Shown in pieces: positions 33,090-41,945 of a DNA stretch of 64,000 bases; the first letter of the stretch is position 1; each line of letters starts with the position of its first letter. This DNA comes from Candidatus Dasytiphilus stammeri. Its GTDB lineage: Bacteria; Pseudomonadota; Gammaproteobacteria; Enterobacterales; Enterobacteriaceae. Location of the stretch: NCBI GenBank assembly GCA_045290365.1, contig CP145882.1:492189-556188 (forward strand), read 5' to 3'. The notes below the pieces were generated by a model that saw only the letters and a program-made list of their open reading frames with translations, did no database searches and had not been told where the DNA came from. A program made the translations under genes and the position numbers.

Positions 33090-34043
33090 TTAATTAATAA
33101 TATCTCCTGGAGTAAACCATTCACTCTTAGATTTCAGAAATTCTCTAACTGTCATTACTTTTCTACCTGCAGTTTGTAGCTCTTCTATATTTAAAACTCC
33201 ATTTGAAGTAGCAATTTTAATTCCATGTTGATTAGCTTGTAAAATCTTTCCAGGCTGAGATGATTTATATAAACTTGAATCGATACTTGATGCTTTCCAA
33301 ACTCTTATCATGTGACCCTTCACTATAAAATCACTACCTGGCCATGGATTAAATGCTCTGATATAGCGCTCAATTTTCATGGCTGAGAATGTCCAGTCAA
33401 TGCGGGACTCTTGCTTATGGATTTTAGTAGCATAGCTAACATTTTGTTGGGGTTGTTTAACCGGGCAGGTGGTACCACCAGTAGCAAATTGTTTTAAAGT
33501 AGCTAGCATACTCCTGGAACCAAGTTTAGATAACTTGTCGTAAAGTGTAGCACTAGTATCTGTATTTTCAATTTGGCAGTGAAGGGTATGGAGAATATCT
33601 CCGGCATCAATCTCAGTATTCATTTTTATCGTAGTTACACCGGTTTCTACATCACCTGCGCATAATGAACGTGGGATAGGAGCAGCCCCACGCCATCTTG
33701 GCAGTAGAGAAGCATGTACGTTAATACAACCTAATCGAGGTAATTGAAGTACTGTTTTAGGTAATATCTTACCATAAGCTACTAGTACGATAATATCCGC
33801 ATTTAAAACCTCAATTTTTTGTTGAAGATTTTCCTCCATAAGAGACTCGGGCTGTAAAACTGTTAGATTGTTTTCAATAGCAAGTTGTTTTACTGGGCTG
33901 AAAACTAATCTCTTACCGCGACCAACATATCTGTCAGGCTGTGTCAAGACCCCAACTACTGGATATTTATCAAGTAGCGCTTCTAGATGACGTGCTGCGA
34001 ATATCGGTGTTCCAGCAAAAATTATTTTTAACCTATTAAACAT
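33090..34043 (-). CDS. fmt: Methionyl-tRNA formyltransferase
   Basis: It carries IIFAGTPIFAA, QPDRYVGRGK and NVHASLLPRWRGAAPI. It lies downstream of def. Confidence 0.95.
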   Translation of the reverse strand: MFNRLKIIFAGTPIFAARHLEALLDKYPVVGVLTQPDRYVGRGKRLVFSPVKQLAIENNLTVLQPESLMEENLQQKIEVLNADIIVLVAYGKILPKTVLQLPRLGCINVHASLLPRWRGAAPIPRSLCAGDVETGVTTIKMNTEIDAGDILHTLHCQIENTDTSATLYDKLSKLGSRSMLATLKQFATGGTTCPVKQPQQNVSYATKIHKQESRIDWTFSAMKIERYIRAFNPWPGSDFIVKGHMIRVWKASSIDSSLYKSSQPGKILQANQHGIKIATSNGVLNIEELQTAGRKVMTVREFLKSKSEWFTPGDIIN

Positions 34044-34060
34044 CTCAATACCTCTTTAAA

Positions 34061-34585
34061 TTAGGTTCGATACCGAGATTTTCTACGGTACTTTTTTTCC
34101 CATTTTTCCAATCTTTGACGAATTAGATGACGTTTTATTGGTGAAAGATAATCAATAAATAACTTGCCTACTAAATGATCCATTTCATGTTGGATGCAAA
34201 CCGCCATTAAGTTATGGGCTTCAATAGTGAAAGTATTATTTTTCAGATCTAAAGCCATAATTTTGACGCTTTTGGATCGTGGTATAAAGGCTCTTTGTTG
34301 TGGAATAGATAAACATCCTTCTTCAATACTAATACTACCTTTCTTTTCTAAAAATTCCGGATTAATTAATATTAAAGGTTCGTTGCGTAAAGTTGATACA
34401 TCAATAACGATAATCTGCTGATGTAAATTAACTTGTGTAGCCGCTAGGCCAATCCCATCTCTTTCATACATGGTTTCCAACATGTTATCAACAATTTTTT
34501 GGATAGTTTGATCCACTTTTTTAACCGGGAGAGCAATTTCTCTCAGCCGATTATCAGGATAATTTAATAGCTTCATAACGGTCAT
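34061..34585 (-). CDS. def: Peptide deformylase
   Basis: It carries [14 protein letters not shown] and HEMDHL. Confidence 0.96.
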   Translation of the reverse strand: MTVMKLLNYPDNRLREIALPVKKVDQTIQKIVDNMLETMYERDGIGLAATQVNLHQQIIVIDVSTLRNEPLILINPEFLEKKGSISIEEGCLSIPQQRAFIPRSKSVKIMALDLKNNTFTIEAHNLMAVCIQHEMDHLVGKLFIDYLSPIKRHLIRQRLEKWEKKYRRKSRYRT

Positions 34586-34663
34586 AAATTTTTATATTTA
34601 GGAAAATAGATATTTATTATTTATAATAATCACTATTATTAGTAATTTTTCAAAAAAAATCAT

Positions 34664-35230
34664 ATGAACTGTAAGTATAATATAAATTTTTTTTTAAAAA
34701 AACTCCGTGAAGATGCGGTGATTGCTTATCCAACCGAATCTGTCTTTGGGTTAGGTTGTAATCCAGATAGCAAAAAAGCTGTAATGCAGTTATTATCGTT
34801 AAAACAGCGTCCCATTGAAAAAGGATTAATTCTGGTTGCCGCCGATTATCAGCAAATCAAACCTTATATTGCTGATCAAAAATTATCATCTAAACAACGT
34901 GAAATTATTGGTTCTCTATGGCCCGGACCTATTACCTTGGTGCTTCCCGCCAATCATAAAACTCCATATTGGATTACTGGGATATTTTCTTCTGTAGCAG
35001 TTCGTGTAAGTAATTATCATCCAGTAAAAAAGTTATGTAGGGCTTTTAAAAAGCCATTAGTTTCAACTAGTGCAAATTTTAATGGAGCTCCTCCATGTCG
35101 TTCCGTAGAAGAAATCCGAAATCAATTTGGTTATCAATTATTGGTTTATCCTGGAAAAGTGGGAAGATTACAGTATCCTACTGAAATTAGAGATATATTT
35201 ACTGGTAAATTAATTCGTTCTGGAGAATAA
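34664..35230 (+). CDS. tsaC: Threonylcarbamoyl-AMP synthase
   Basis: It carries the YrdC-domain motifs VIAYPTESVFGLGC, PGPITLVLP and STSAN. It is divergent from def and upstream of aroE, as in E. coli. Confidence 0.9.
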   Translation: MNCKYNINFFLKKLREDAVIAYPTESVFGLGCNPDSKKAVMQLLSLKQRPIEKGLILVAADYQQIKPYIADQKLSSKQREIIGSLWPGPITLVLPANHKTPYWITGIFSSVAVRVSNYHPVKKLCRAFKKPLVSTSANFNGAPPCRSVEEIRNQFGYQLLVYPGKVGRLQYPTEIRDIFTGKLIRSGE

Positions 35231-35234
35231 TCTA

Positions 35235-36062
35235 ATGATTAGTTATGCGGTTTTTGGAAATCCTGTAAAACATAGTCAATCACCACGGATTCATCAATTA
35301 TTTGCTGAGCAAATGAACATGAAACATCATACTTATGGTAGTATTTGTGCATCTCTAGAAAACTTTAAAGAAGAATTAAGGAAATTTTTTGACTCGGGGG
35401 CACATGGTGCGAATATAACTATACCGTTTAAAAAACAAGCTTATAATCTGTCTCATAAGTTGACTAAACGGGCTTTATTGGCTGGTTCCGTAAATACTAT
35501 TAAAAAATTAGAAGATAATCAATTATTAGGAGATAATACGGATGGTATTGGGTTAATTTTTGATCTCAAAAGAATTAATTTTATCAAACCTAAAGATAAT
35601 ATTTTAATTGTAGGTGCAGGTGGAGCAGCATATGGAATTATCTTTCCGCTTCTCTCTTATGGTTGTTCGATTATGATTAATAATCGAACTATCTCTCATG
35701 CTGAAGAAATAGTTCATAGATTTAAAAAATATGGTAAGATTTCAATCTTAACCAATTTCAACCAAGATGATTATAAATTTAATATAATTATTAATGCTAC
35801 TTCTTGCGGTATCTATGGAAAGAAGCCTGAATTACCGAATCAATTAATTACGCCAAATACTTGCTGCTATGATATATTTTATCAGCCTAAACTCACTCCA
35901 TTTTTACAATGGTGCAAACAACAAGGATGTCAACAATATACTGATGGAATAGGCATGCTAATAGCACAAGCTGCAGAATCATTTTTATTATGGCATGGAG
36001 TATTGCCACCATTACAAAATGTAATAAAAACAATTCAAGATGAAATTAGGATTTCTATATAA
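35235..36062 (+). CDS. aroE: Shikimate dehydrogenase
   Basis: It carries YAVFGNPVKHSQSPRIHQ, NITIPFK, NTDGIG and GAGGAA. Confidence 0.94.
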   Translation: MISYAVFGNPVKHSQSPRIHQLFAEQMNMKHHTYGSICASLENFKEELRKFFDSGAHGANITIPFKKQAYNLSHKLTKRALLAGSVNTIKKLEDNQLLGDNTDGIGLIFDLKRINFIKPKDNILIVGAGGAAYGIIFPLLSYGCSIMINNRTISHAEEIVHRFKKYGKISILTNFNQDDYKFNIIINATSCGIYGKKPELPNQLITPNTCCYDIFYQPKLTPFLQWCKQQGCQQYTDGIGMLIAQAAESFLLWHGVLPPLQNVIKTIQDEIRISI

Positions 36063-36069
36063 TATAAAA

Positions 36070-36078
36070 TGGTATAAT
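36070..36078 (+). promoter_or_regulatory. Extended -10 promoter element (TGgTATAAT), candidate promoter of tRNA-Trp
   Basis: The sequence tggtataat lies at 36070-36078, 8 nt after the aroE stop and 25 nt before the tRNA 5' end. No good -35 hexamer is present. Confidence 0.4.
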
Positions 36079-36102
36079 GTAGAGACTTACATGTGTACTG
36101 TG

Positions 36103-36178
36103 AGGGGCGTAGTTCAATTGGCAGAGCACCGGTCTCCAAAACCGGATGTTAAGGGTTCAAGTCCCTTCGCCCCTGCCA
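36103..36178 (+). tRNA. trpT: tRNA-Trp (anticodon CCA)
   Basis: The sequence AGGGGCGTAGTTCAATTGGCAGAGCACCGGTCTCCAAAACCGG...GGTTCAAGTCCCTTCGCCCCTGCCA folds as a cloverleaf and closely matches E. coli tRNA-Trp. The CCA end is encoded. Confidence 0.95.
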
Positions 36179-36329
36179 TGATAATAATCTGAAATTAGGA
36201 TTTGTCTAATTTAGAGATAGTTAGACTGAAAGATAATCTTAGGAGGTTTTAATTATGTGATGCTATGATATTCTCTCATTTACGGTATAATATTTAACGT
36301 AATCAAATTTTGATTTAGGAGTAAATCAA

Positions 36330-36668
36330 ATGACTATTGAAAGTTTTTTTACAAAAAGTCGTTTTTTTGATAATAAACATTATCCACGGGGATTTTCCCG
36401 CTATGGAGATTTTACTATAAAAGAATCGAAATTATTGGAACGTTATGGTTATGCATTTAATGAGTTAGATCTTGAAAAACGTGATCCTATAAATATTGAA
36501 GAGCAAAGATTTGTCGAAGTATGTCGAGGAAAACTTCCACCTGAAACGGATCAAGAACGTGTTTGGATAAAATATATTACGCGTATTAAACGTCCTAAAA
36601 GGTTTCATACTCTATCTGGGGGTACGTCTATGGAAAACTTAGAAGATTATTTAGATAATGATGATTAA
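36330..36668 (+). CDS. maoP: Macrodomain Ori protein MaoP (YifE, DUF413)
   Basis: The sequence [37 protein letters not shown]...[14 protein letters not shown] is nearly identical to E. coli YifE. Confidence 0.9.
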   Translation: MTIESFFTKSRFFDNKHYPRGFSRYGDFTIKESKLLERYGYAFNELDLEKRDPINIEEQRFVEVCRGKLPPETDQERVWIKYITRIKRPKRFHTLSGGTSMENLEDYLDNDD

Positions 36669-36998
36669 ATAATAAAAATTCAATACATTAAATCTATCGA
36701 AAGTCAAAATAATTTGATCAATACTTACATTATACTTAATCTATTGAATAACTAAACAGTTTATCAGAGTATCGTATTTCTATAATAAATTGTTTATTTA
36801 ATTACTTTAATCAACCAAAGTAATTTTGTGATCAAAATAAATCTCTTACTTTGTGAATGATTAACTAATAATTTTACTTCACGCTCATAATCAGATAAAT
36901 AGCAATTGCTATGTATAAGCCATTCATCGTCTAGGATTGCTAAATTCAAACTGCTTTAGGTTAATTATTTTTAGCTAAATATCTATGTGGAGTATAAG

Positions 36999-37340
36999 AT
37001 GAGCGATAAAATTATTCAATTGACAGATGATAATTTTGAAACCAATGTGTTAAAAGCTGACCAATGGACGCTAGTAGATTTCTGGGCAGAATGGTGTGGA
37101 CCTTGTAAAGTAATTGCACCTATTATTGCCGAAATTGCTGAAGAATATCATGGGAGGCTTAAGGTGACTAAATTAAATGTAGATGAAAATCAGAATACGG
37201 CCCAAAAATACGGAATTAGAGGGATTCCTACTCTGTTACTATTTAACCATGGTGAAAGACTGGCGAGTAAAGTAGGGATTTTATCTAAAGGACAGATGAA
37301 AGAATTTATTGATTCATATTTAGATTTTAACATAGCATAG
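36999..37340 (+). CDS. trxA: Thioredoxin 1
   Basis: It reads [37 protein letters not shown]...[11 protein letters not shown]. The ATG at 36999 is preceded by GGAG. The track GTG at 36987 is an upstream extension. Confidence 0.97.
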   Translation: MSDKIIQLTDDNFETNVLKADQWTLVDFWAEWCGPCKVIAPIIAEIAEEYHGRLKVTKLNVDENQNTAQKYGIRGIPTLLLFNHGERLASKVGILSKGQMKEFIDSYLDFNIA

Positions 37341-37603
37341 ACGTAATTAACTCTTGTTAGACGTATGAGCTTAATTATCCTCAAGTATTGCCAGATAAAT
37401 TTATATTGATTTTTAAGCTTATGGCTTTCATGATCTCTAGATCTTATACCTCACTATCATTCATGAGTGTTCGTTCTAAGGTATGTTGGTTTCTATGTAT
37501 CTCTGAAATAGAGATAATAAACTATTAATAAAATTGAAATAACTATCGTCTTCTTCACAAGAAACAAGTTCGATTGAACTTCCTATTTTAAGAACTCATA
37601 ATT

Positions 37604-38866
37604 ATGAATCTTACCAAATTAAAAAATACGCCAGTCTCGAAATTAATTACTATTGGCGAGAGTATTGGAATAGAAAATCTCGCACGTATGCGTAAACAAG
37701 ACATTATTTTTGCCATTCTTAAACAACATGCAAAAAGTGGCGAAGATATTTTCGGTGATGGTGTATTAGAAATATTACAGGATGGGTTTGGTTTTTTACG
37801 TTCGGCAGATAGTTCCTATCTAGCCGGACCAGATGATATTTATGTATCTCCTAGTCAAATTAGACGCTTTAATCTTAGAACAGGAGATACGATTGCTGGT
37901 AAAATTCGCCCTCCAAAAGAGGGGGAGCGTTATTTCGCACTATTAAAAGTGAATGATGTTAATTATGATAAACCTGAAAATGCGCGTAGTAAAATATTAT
38001 TTGAAAATTTAACTCCATTACATGCCAATGCACGTTTGCGAATGGAACGAGGAAATGGTTCTACAGAAGATTTAACGGCACGTGTCTTAGATTTAGCATC
38101 ACCTATTGGCCTTGGACAAAGAGGTTTAATTGTAGCTCCACCAAAAGCCGGGAAAACCATATTACTTCAAAATATTGCACAAAGTGTAGCTTATAATCAT
38201 TCTGATTGTGTTTTAATAGTACTTCTTATAGATGAACGCCCTGAAGAAGTTACCGAAATGCAAAGACTTGTACAAGGAGAAGTAATGGCGTCTACTTTTG
38301 ACGAACCTGCTTCTCGTCATGTTCAAGTTGCTGAAATGGTGATTGAAAAAGCTAAGCGTTTAGTTGAACATAAGAAAGATGTAATAATCTTACTTGATTC
38401 TATTACTCGTCTGGCCAGAGCTTATAATACCGTAGTTCCTGCTTCTGGTAAGGTATTAACTGGTGGAGTAGATGCAAATGCTTTACACCGTCCAAAAAGA
38501 TTTTTTGGAGCCGCTCGTAATGTAGCTGAAGGTGGTAGTTTAACAATTATAGCTACTGCACTAATTGATACTGGTTCTAAAATGGATGAGGTGATTTATG
38601 AAGAATTTAAAGGTACGGGCAATATGGAATTACATCTAGCTCGTAAAATTGCTGAAAAACGTGTCTTTCCAGCTATAGATTATAACCGTTCAGGAACGCG
38701 TAAGGAAGAATTATTAACTTCACATGAAGAGCTTCAAAAAATGTGGATTTTAAGAAAAATTATACATCCTATGGGTGAGATTGAGGCTATGGAATTTCTT
38801 ATAAAAAAACTCGCTATGACTAAAACTAATGAAGAATTTTTCAATATGATGAAACGTTGTAGTTAG
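37604..38866 (+). CDS. rho: Transcription termination factor Rho
   Basis: The 420-aa ORF contains [29 protein letters not shown], the Walker A motif PPKAGKT and the C-terminus KTNEEFF. Confidence 0.98.
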   Translation: MNLTKLKNTPVSKLITIGESIGIENLARMRKQDIIFAILKQHAKSGEDIFGDGVLEILQDGFGFLRSADSSYLAGPDDIYVSPSQIRRFNLRTGDTIAGKIRPPKEGERYFALLKVNDVNYDKPENARSKILFENLTPLHANARLRMERGNGSTEDLTARVLDLASPIGLGQRGLIVAPPKAGKTILLQNIAQSVAYNHSDCVLIVLLIDERPEEVTEMQRLVQGEVMASTFDEPASRHVQVAEMVIEKAKRLVEHKKDVIILLDSITRLARAYNTVVPASGKVLTGGVDANALHRPKRFFGAARNVAEGGSLTIIATALIDTGSKMDEVIYEEFKGTGNMELHLARKIAEKRVFPAIDYNRSGTRKEELLTSHEELQKMWILRKIIHPMGEIEAMEFLIKKLAMTKTNEEFFNMMKRCS

Positions 38867-38932
38867 TCTTCGTAAGAAGAAAATATGATGTAGTTGCTTA
38901 TGCATAAATTTATAATTACTATAATTATTAAT

Positions 38933-39009
38933 GCACCCGTAGCTCAATTGGATAGAGCGTTGCCCTCCGAAGGCAGAGGTCTCAGGTTCAAATCCTGTCG
39001 GGTGCGCCA
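38933..39009 (+). tRNA. argX: tRNA-Arg (anticodon CCG)
   Basis: The sequence is GCACCCGTAGCTCAATTGGATAGAGCGTTGCCCTCCGAAGGCAGAGGTCTCAGGTTCAAATCCTGTCGGGTGCGCCA. It is the first gene of an argX-hisR-leuT-proM type cluster. Confidence 0.93.
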
Positions 39010-39054
39010 TTTTATTTGGTAGATAAAATCAAGAATATGATATTATATATGTAT

Positions 39055-39131
39055 GGTGGCTATAGCTCAGTTGGTAGAGCCCTGGATTGTGGTTCCAGTT
39101 GTCATGGGTTCAAATCCCATTAGCCACCCCA
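39055..39131 (+). tRNA. hisR: tRNA-His (anticodon GTG, with encoded G-1)
   Basis: The sequence is GGTGGCTATAGCTCAGTTGGTAGAGCCCTGGATTGTGGTTCCAG...CCCATTAGCCACCCCA. Confidence 0.93.
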
Positions 39132-39147
39132 ACATAATGATTTCATA

Positions 39148-39236
39148 GCGAAGATGGCGGAATTTGGTAGACGCGCTAGCTTCAGGAGCTAGTTTCTCTA
39201 TAAGATGTGAGGGTTCAAGTCCCTCTCTTCGCACCA
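39148..39236 (+). tRNA. leuT: tRNA-Leu (anticodon CAG), long variable arm
   Basis: The sequence is GCGAAGATGGCGGAATTTGGTAGACGCGCTAGCTTCAGGAGCTAG...GGTTCAAGTCCCTCTCTTCGCACCA. Confidence 0.9.
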
Positions 39237-39258
39237 TTTATAATTATATATATTTAAA

Positions 39259-39335
39259 CGGCGAGTAGCGCAGCTTGGTAGCGCAACTGGTTTGGGACCA
39301 GTGGGTCAGAGGTTCAAATCCTCTCTCGCCGACCA
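39259..39335 (+). tRNA. proM: tRNA-Pro (anticodon TGG)
   Basis: The sequence is CGGCGAGTAGCGCAGCTTGGTAGCGCAACTGGTTTGGGACCAGTGGGTCAGAGGTTCAAATCCTCTCTCGCCGACCA. Confidence 0.93.
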
Positions 39336-39483
39336 ATATTGGATTATTATTAAGAGTTACATTTTATTAGTGGCATTTTTTTTAAACAACACTATAGTTA
39401 ATTTATCAATATTTAACTTTGTTAAAGTCTATATAATAGATATTATTTGCTGATTAGTATTTATTATGCATGGAGGAATAGAT

Positions 39484-40149
39484 ATGTTACCTAATAGACA
39501 GAAAAAAAATGGTAGTCCAGTACTAGCACAAGAAGTTATAAAAAAACGTTCTAATTTACTATGGTGGTTAATTCCTTTATTATTTTTATTTTTACTTATT
39601 TTATATTGGTTTTTTTATCATTCAGAAAGTACAGTATCTCATCAACCACAATCATCTGTATGGTTACATGATGGTAATAGTAAGAGTTTAAGTAATACCC
39701 ACTACGTAACCTTACCAGATGGTGTAGTAATCCAAATCAATAATGACAGTGTTGAAGCTAAACTACTGAAAATTATTCAAAATCCTAACCAACAATTAAA
39801 CATTGATAAAATTGGTTTGAATTTAGATCGCATCAATTTTGATAGCAATAAGGTGTCAACTGGAGCACAATTACAGATTAATAATATTGCAGCTATTTTG
39901 AAAGCATATCCACATGTCAAGATTAAAATAGTTGGCTCTACTGATAATAGAGGTAATGCAGAACAAAATAAAGCATTATCAAAAGCTCGAGCCGAGGCAA
40001 TAATGAAAGAATTTATTAAATTAAAAGTGGCTGATCAACAATTAGTGGCTGAAGGTGATGGGGAAAATTATCCTATAGCTTCTAATGAAACACCAGAAGG
40101 ACGTGCTAAAAACCGCCGAGTATCTATTTCGGTGATAAAAATCTTATAA
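39484..40149 (+). CDS. Membrane-anchored OmpA_C-like (peptidoglycan-binding) protein
   Basis: It has a GGAGGA Shine-Dalgarno sequence before the ATG at 39484. It has a single TM segment LLWWLIPLLFLFLLILYWFFY. The C-terminal OmpA-like domain carries GSTDNRGNAEQNKALSKARA and EGRAKNRRVSISV. Confidence 0.8.
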   Translation: MLPNRQKKNGSPVLAQEVIKKRSNLLWWLIPLLFLFLLILYWFFYHSESTVSHQPQSSVWLHDGNSKSLSNTHYVTLPDGVVIQINNDSVEAKLLKIIQNPNQQLNIDKIGLNLDRINFDSNKVSTGAQLQINNIAAILKAYPHVKIKIVGSTDNRGNAEQNKALSKARAEAIMKEFIKLKVADQQLVAEGDGENYPIASNETPEGRAKNRRVSISVIKIL

Positions 40150-40209
40150 TCTAGTTAATCAAAACTTAGAAAGTTTCATCTGAAACTTAATGTAATAAGG
40201 AGTTTCATA

Positions 40210-40899
40210 ATGAGCTATGAAAAAATTGTTACTTTATTTGATAGTCTTGAACATGCCAAAACTGCCAATAAAAATCTATTAAAATCTGGTTTTTATAATA
40301 AAGATATCAGTATAATTCATAGTAAGCAGTTGAAAGCTGAGAAGATAATATTCCCAGAACATGATATTTGGCAGAGATTATTAGGTAATAGTTTAACTGA
40401 AAAAGAAGCTAAAATTTATGCACAGGCAATTGATATTGGAGGAGTATTATTAATACTTCGTACTCATCATGAAAATGAAACTACTCGCGCTATGGAGATA
40501 CTTAATGCATCTCAACTGGAAATGGATAATGACACAACATTATCTCAGAACTGTAGATATCTAATTGATGAGTATAATCACCAAAACATTTTTGGTAAAA
40601 ATAGTAAGGAAGGCTCAAAACGAGTTCGTCGTTTTGTAACCGAAAAACATGTAGAAGGTGAGAAACCTCTCCATGAAGAGCATCTTGCTATTTTACGTTG
40701 TACTCTTAATAATAAGCCTCAGTTGTATGAGAACCTTGATGGGTTTGAGACCAAAATAAATCACACTATAGAACAACCTAGAATTAATAGAACTACCCAT
40801 CTTGTTGAAGAAGTATGTAAGGAGGATACTGAGAGGGTGCAAAAAAATCATGATACGGTACGCAAACAAGAAATTGAATGTGATACCCATGACAAATGA
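40210..40899 (+). CDS. YsnF/AvaK (DUF2382)-type stress-response protein
   Basis: It has an AAGGAG Shine-Dalgarno sequence. The N-terminal part (IVTLFDSLEHAKTANKNLLKSGFYNKDISII...EAKIYAQAIDIGGVLLILRT) fits the GSP17M/YflT-like domain. The segment KRVRRFVTEKHVEGEKPLHEEHLAILR fits the DUF2382 repeat. Both assignments are from memory of the families. Confidence 0.6.
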   Translation: MSYEKIVTLFDSLEHAKTANKNLLKSGFYNKDISIIHSKQLKAEKIIFPEHDIWQRLLGNSLTEKEAKIYAQAIDIGGVLLILRTHHENETTRAMEILNASQLEMDNDTTLSQNCRYLIDEYNHQNIFGKNSKEGSKRVRRFVTEKHVEGEKPLHEEHLAILRCTLNNKPQLYENLDGFETKINHTIEQPRINRTTHLVEEVCKEDTERVQKNHDTVRKQEIECDTHDK

Positions 40900-40923
40900 T
40901 CTTAAAAAATAAATTGTTTGATT

Positions 40924-40952
40924 ACGAGAGCATAAGCTCTCGTACCTTTTCA
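40924..40952 (+). terminator. Probable rho-independent terminator after the YsnF-like gene
   Basis: The hairpin tacgagagc-ataa-gctctcgta has a 9-bp stem with 5 G:C pairs and is followed by ccttttc. Confidence 0.5.
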
Positions 40953-41111
40953 AGTAGTAAATATTGAATTATTTAGCAAATATTTAATAGTTTGATTTAT
41001 CGCTTCGATAACGAATAATTATTAAACGGTGATGACACCCGTAAGTTTTTATTTACCTCGGAAAATTCAAAAAAATCCATAAAATTATAATTTTATAAAA
41101 CGGAGCTGTAA

Positions 41112-41945
41112 ATGCAGTTTTCGAAAATGCATAGCCTTGGTAACGATTTTATGATCGTTGATGCTATCACACAAAATATTGATATTTCACCTAATCTCAT
41201 TTTAAAATTAGCGGATCGACGTAGAGGTATTGGATTTGATCAATTACTTTTAGTTGAATCAACAGATAATCCAAACTTTGACTTTCACTATCGTATATTT
41301 AATGCTAACGGTGATGAAGTTGAACAATGTGGAAATGGAGCCCGCTGTTTTGCACGTTTTGTTCTTATAAAGAAATTAACTACAAAAAATACCCTTCGGG
41401 TGAGCACCAATAAAGGTAATATGGTGCTTAAGATTATCAATCATGAGCAGATTTGTGTAGAAATGAATGAACCTAATTTTTTACCAACTAAAATACCATT
41501 TATTACTCATAAGAAAAAAAAACAATACCAAATGGTAGTGGGAGAACAACTGGTAATTTTTGGGGTAGTATCAATTGGTAATCCCCATTGTGTAATTAAG
41601 GTAGATAATATAAAAAATGCCCCGGTGGAAGAGCTGGGTTCAATCTTAGAAAAACATGAAATGTTTCCTGAGCATGCTAATATTGGTTTTATGGAAGTTA
41701 TTAATCGGGCACATATTAGATTGCGCGTATTTGAGCGAGGGGTTGGTGAAACTCCTGCATGTGGAAGTGGGGCTTGTGCAGCAGTTGCCATAGGTATACA
41801 GCAAGGTTTATTAGATAATGATGTACAGGTTAATTTCCCAGGAGGAAAATTACAGATTTTCTGGACAGGAGTAGGACATGCATTATTTATGACAGGACCT
41901 GCTATACATGTTTATGATGGGGTTTTATGTATCAAAAAACCATAA
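41112..41945 (+). CDS. dapF: Diaminopimelate epimerase
   Basis: It carries [13 protein letters not shown], the catalytic Cys motif [11 protein letters not shown] and the second catalytic Cys motif [12 protein letters not shown]. Confidence 0.96.
   Translation: MQFSKMHSLGNDFMIVDAITQNIDISPNLILKLADRRRGIGFDQLLLVESTDNPNFDFHYRIFNANGDEVEQCGNGARCFARFVLIKKLTTKNTLRVSTNKGNMVLKIINHEQICVEMNEPNFLPTKIPFITHKKKKQYQMVVGEQLVIFGVVSIGNPHCVIKVDNIKNAPVEELGSILEKHEMFPEHANIGFMEVINRAHIRLRVFERGVGETPACGSGACAAVAIGIQQGLLDNDVQVNFPGGKLQIFWTGVGHALFMTGPAIHVYDGVLCIKKP

Noticed and set aside
38894-38925. A sigma70 promoter for the tRNA cluster, with TTGCTT and two TATAAT hexamers.
   Set aside because: The spacings are 11 and 20 nt, neither compatible with a standard promoter. 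The tRNAs may be co-transcribed with rho, so I did not call it.
38750-39010. An 86-aa minus-strand ORF spanning the rho 3' end and the downstream spacer.
   Set aside because: Its N-terminal part is simply the reverse complement of tRNA-Arg (38933-39009), and the rest is antisense to rho.
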